Shown piece after piece: positions 62,690 to 64,000 of a stretch of 64,000 bases of DNA. Under the pieces are notes generated by a model. It was given only the letters and a program-made list of their open reading frames with translations. It did not search any database and had not been told where the DNA came from. Where the stretch lies: positions 1 through 64,000 of the forward strand of contig NMRA01000616.1 of the NCBI GenBank assembly GCA_002633005.1. The letters are read 5' to 3'. Within the stretch, counting starts at the first letter, position 1. Every line of letters begins with the position of its first letter. The stretch is from Phoronis australis (lineage: Eukaryota > Animalia > Phoronida). Position numbers and translations under genes: made by a program.

Positions 62690-63935
62690 ACATAAACGTC
62701 GTTGAAAACACTAAACCTTTTGTTTGAAAGCTTGATACTGATTCGCTCGCAGTGTCGGAACAATCTCCTTTCTTTACGTGTGCAGCTATGTAGTAAAACA
62801 CTGAGAGACATCACAAACAAATTAAAACACTAGCTTTATTCCGAGACTGCATGTCTCATCATCAGGCAATAAATGGAATGAACTTACACGTAGCAAAATA
62901 AACAGTGAAAAACACGTGACAGCAGGAAGAGGGGCATACAAGCAGAGAGTGTGAATGCAACCCACAGTAGGAAGCCCACAACCCTACCGAATCAGAGCCA
63001 GCGTGTGGTACACACCTGTAAGGTGCCCATTCGTGACTGATCAATAGCGATTCTAAAATATTTAGCCGAAATGTGTCATTTTCAACATAGCGAATGATAG
63101 TACTGTCTACTATTTCTTGCCTAGTTTTTTCGGCCATTTTAATGTATATGATCTAGAATGGACACTCCTGCAAGTTCATGGACAACCGTCGCGAGAGAGA
63201 ACACACCGTGTGTCCAATGTAACGCTGCTCACGAGAATGAGGACGAAGACGTTCGTCCATATGACATGTGAATTGGTAAACAACATTACATTTGGCCATT
63301 GGTCGTAATCTTTCACGACTGGGGTTGTTTTCAATGACAAGATGACGTGACTTAGATTCTGATAATAAATGACTACATTCAATCTATCACCAGATTATCC
63401 CTTACACACTACGACACCACGAGCAAATCAGTATCAAGCTTTCAAACAAAAAGTTTAGTCCATCCATCCATCCATCCATCCATCCATCCATCCATCCATC
63501 CATCCATCTATCCATCCATCCATGCATATACATGTATATATTTCGGCTAAAGATTTTGGATTCACTATTTATCAGTTACGAAAAACCTGTGTTGAATGAG
63601 CAGCTCACAGGTGTGTATCACACGCTGGCTCTGTTTCGATAGGGTTGCGGGCTTCCTACCGTGAGTTGCATTCACACGCTGTGCTTTTAAGCCCCTCTTC
63701 CCGCTGTCATGTGTATTTCAATGTTTATTTCGCAATGTATGTGTTCATTCCACTTATTGTCTAATGATGAGACATGCAGTCTCGAAAAATAGCCAGTGTT
63801 TTAATTTGTTTGTTATGTCTCTTGGTGTTTTACTACATTCCTGCACACCTGAAGACAGGAGACTGTTCCGAAACTACTGTACGAGCGTACCAGGATCAAG
63901 CTTGCAAACAAAAAGTCTAGTCGTGTTTTTAACGC
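62690..63935. mobile_element. Inverted pair of Penelope-like pseudo-LTR repeats with hammerhead remnants, separated by a (CCAT)n microsatellite at 63459-63523
   Basis: 62700-63035 is the diverged reverse complement of 63595-63930. Both contain C-T-(G/A)-ATGA-T-GAGAC-ATGCA-GTCTC-G(A/G)AA and a second core region ~90 nt downstream (intact CTGAAGA..GGA..TCC-GAAA in the + copy). Confidence 0.7.
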
Positions 63936-64000
63936 GCGAGCGCGCCCGCGCGCGTGTGTGTGTATCACTTTAAAGTAGTAAAAATGACCACTAGGTGGAG

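Noticed and set aside
52320-64000. Upstream EF-hand or peroxidase exons that would make the gene NOX5 or DUOX
   Set aside because: An in-frame stop precedes the ATG, no such motifs were seen, and the core is NOX4-like.

Overview
AT-rich, repeat-laden eukaryotic DNA, probably from an invertebrate animal (spliceosomal GT-AG introns, microsatellites, many decayed transposons, one assembly gap at 28658-29072). Two intact protein-coding genes lie tail-to-tail about 5.1 kb apart. (1) A membrane-anchored copper/TPQ amine oxidase on the + strand with 2 coding exons (21279-21887, 26025-27776; 786 aa). (2) An NADPH oxidase of the NOX4 type on the - strand, rebuilt by hand into 17 coding exons (52319 to 32924; 1659 nt, 552 aa) with consistent splice phases. 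Both enzyme families produce H2O2. The rest is TE debris: L1/Tx1, CR1/L2, RNase H-bearing and Hero-like (RLE) non-LTR fragments, a nested ISL2EU/Harbinger-type relic, a solo LTR, many MITEs, Helentron-like repeats, and Penelope-like repeats with minimal hammerhead motifs. The most unusual signal is in the 3' UTR of the Hero-like element (5245-5335): all hammerhead core nucleotides with paired stems I and III, but with the strands in an order matching none of the three standard circular permutations. All assignments come from manual reading and recalled family motifs; no searches were run.
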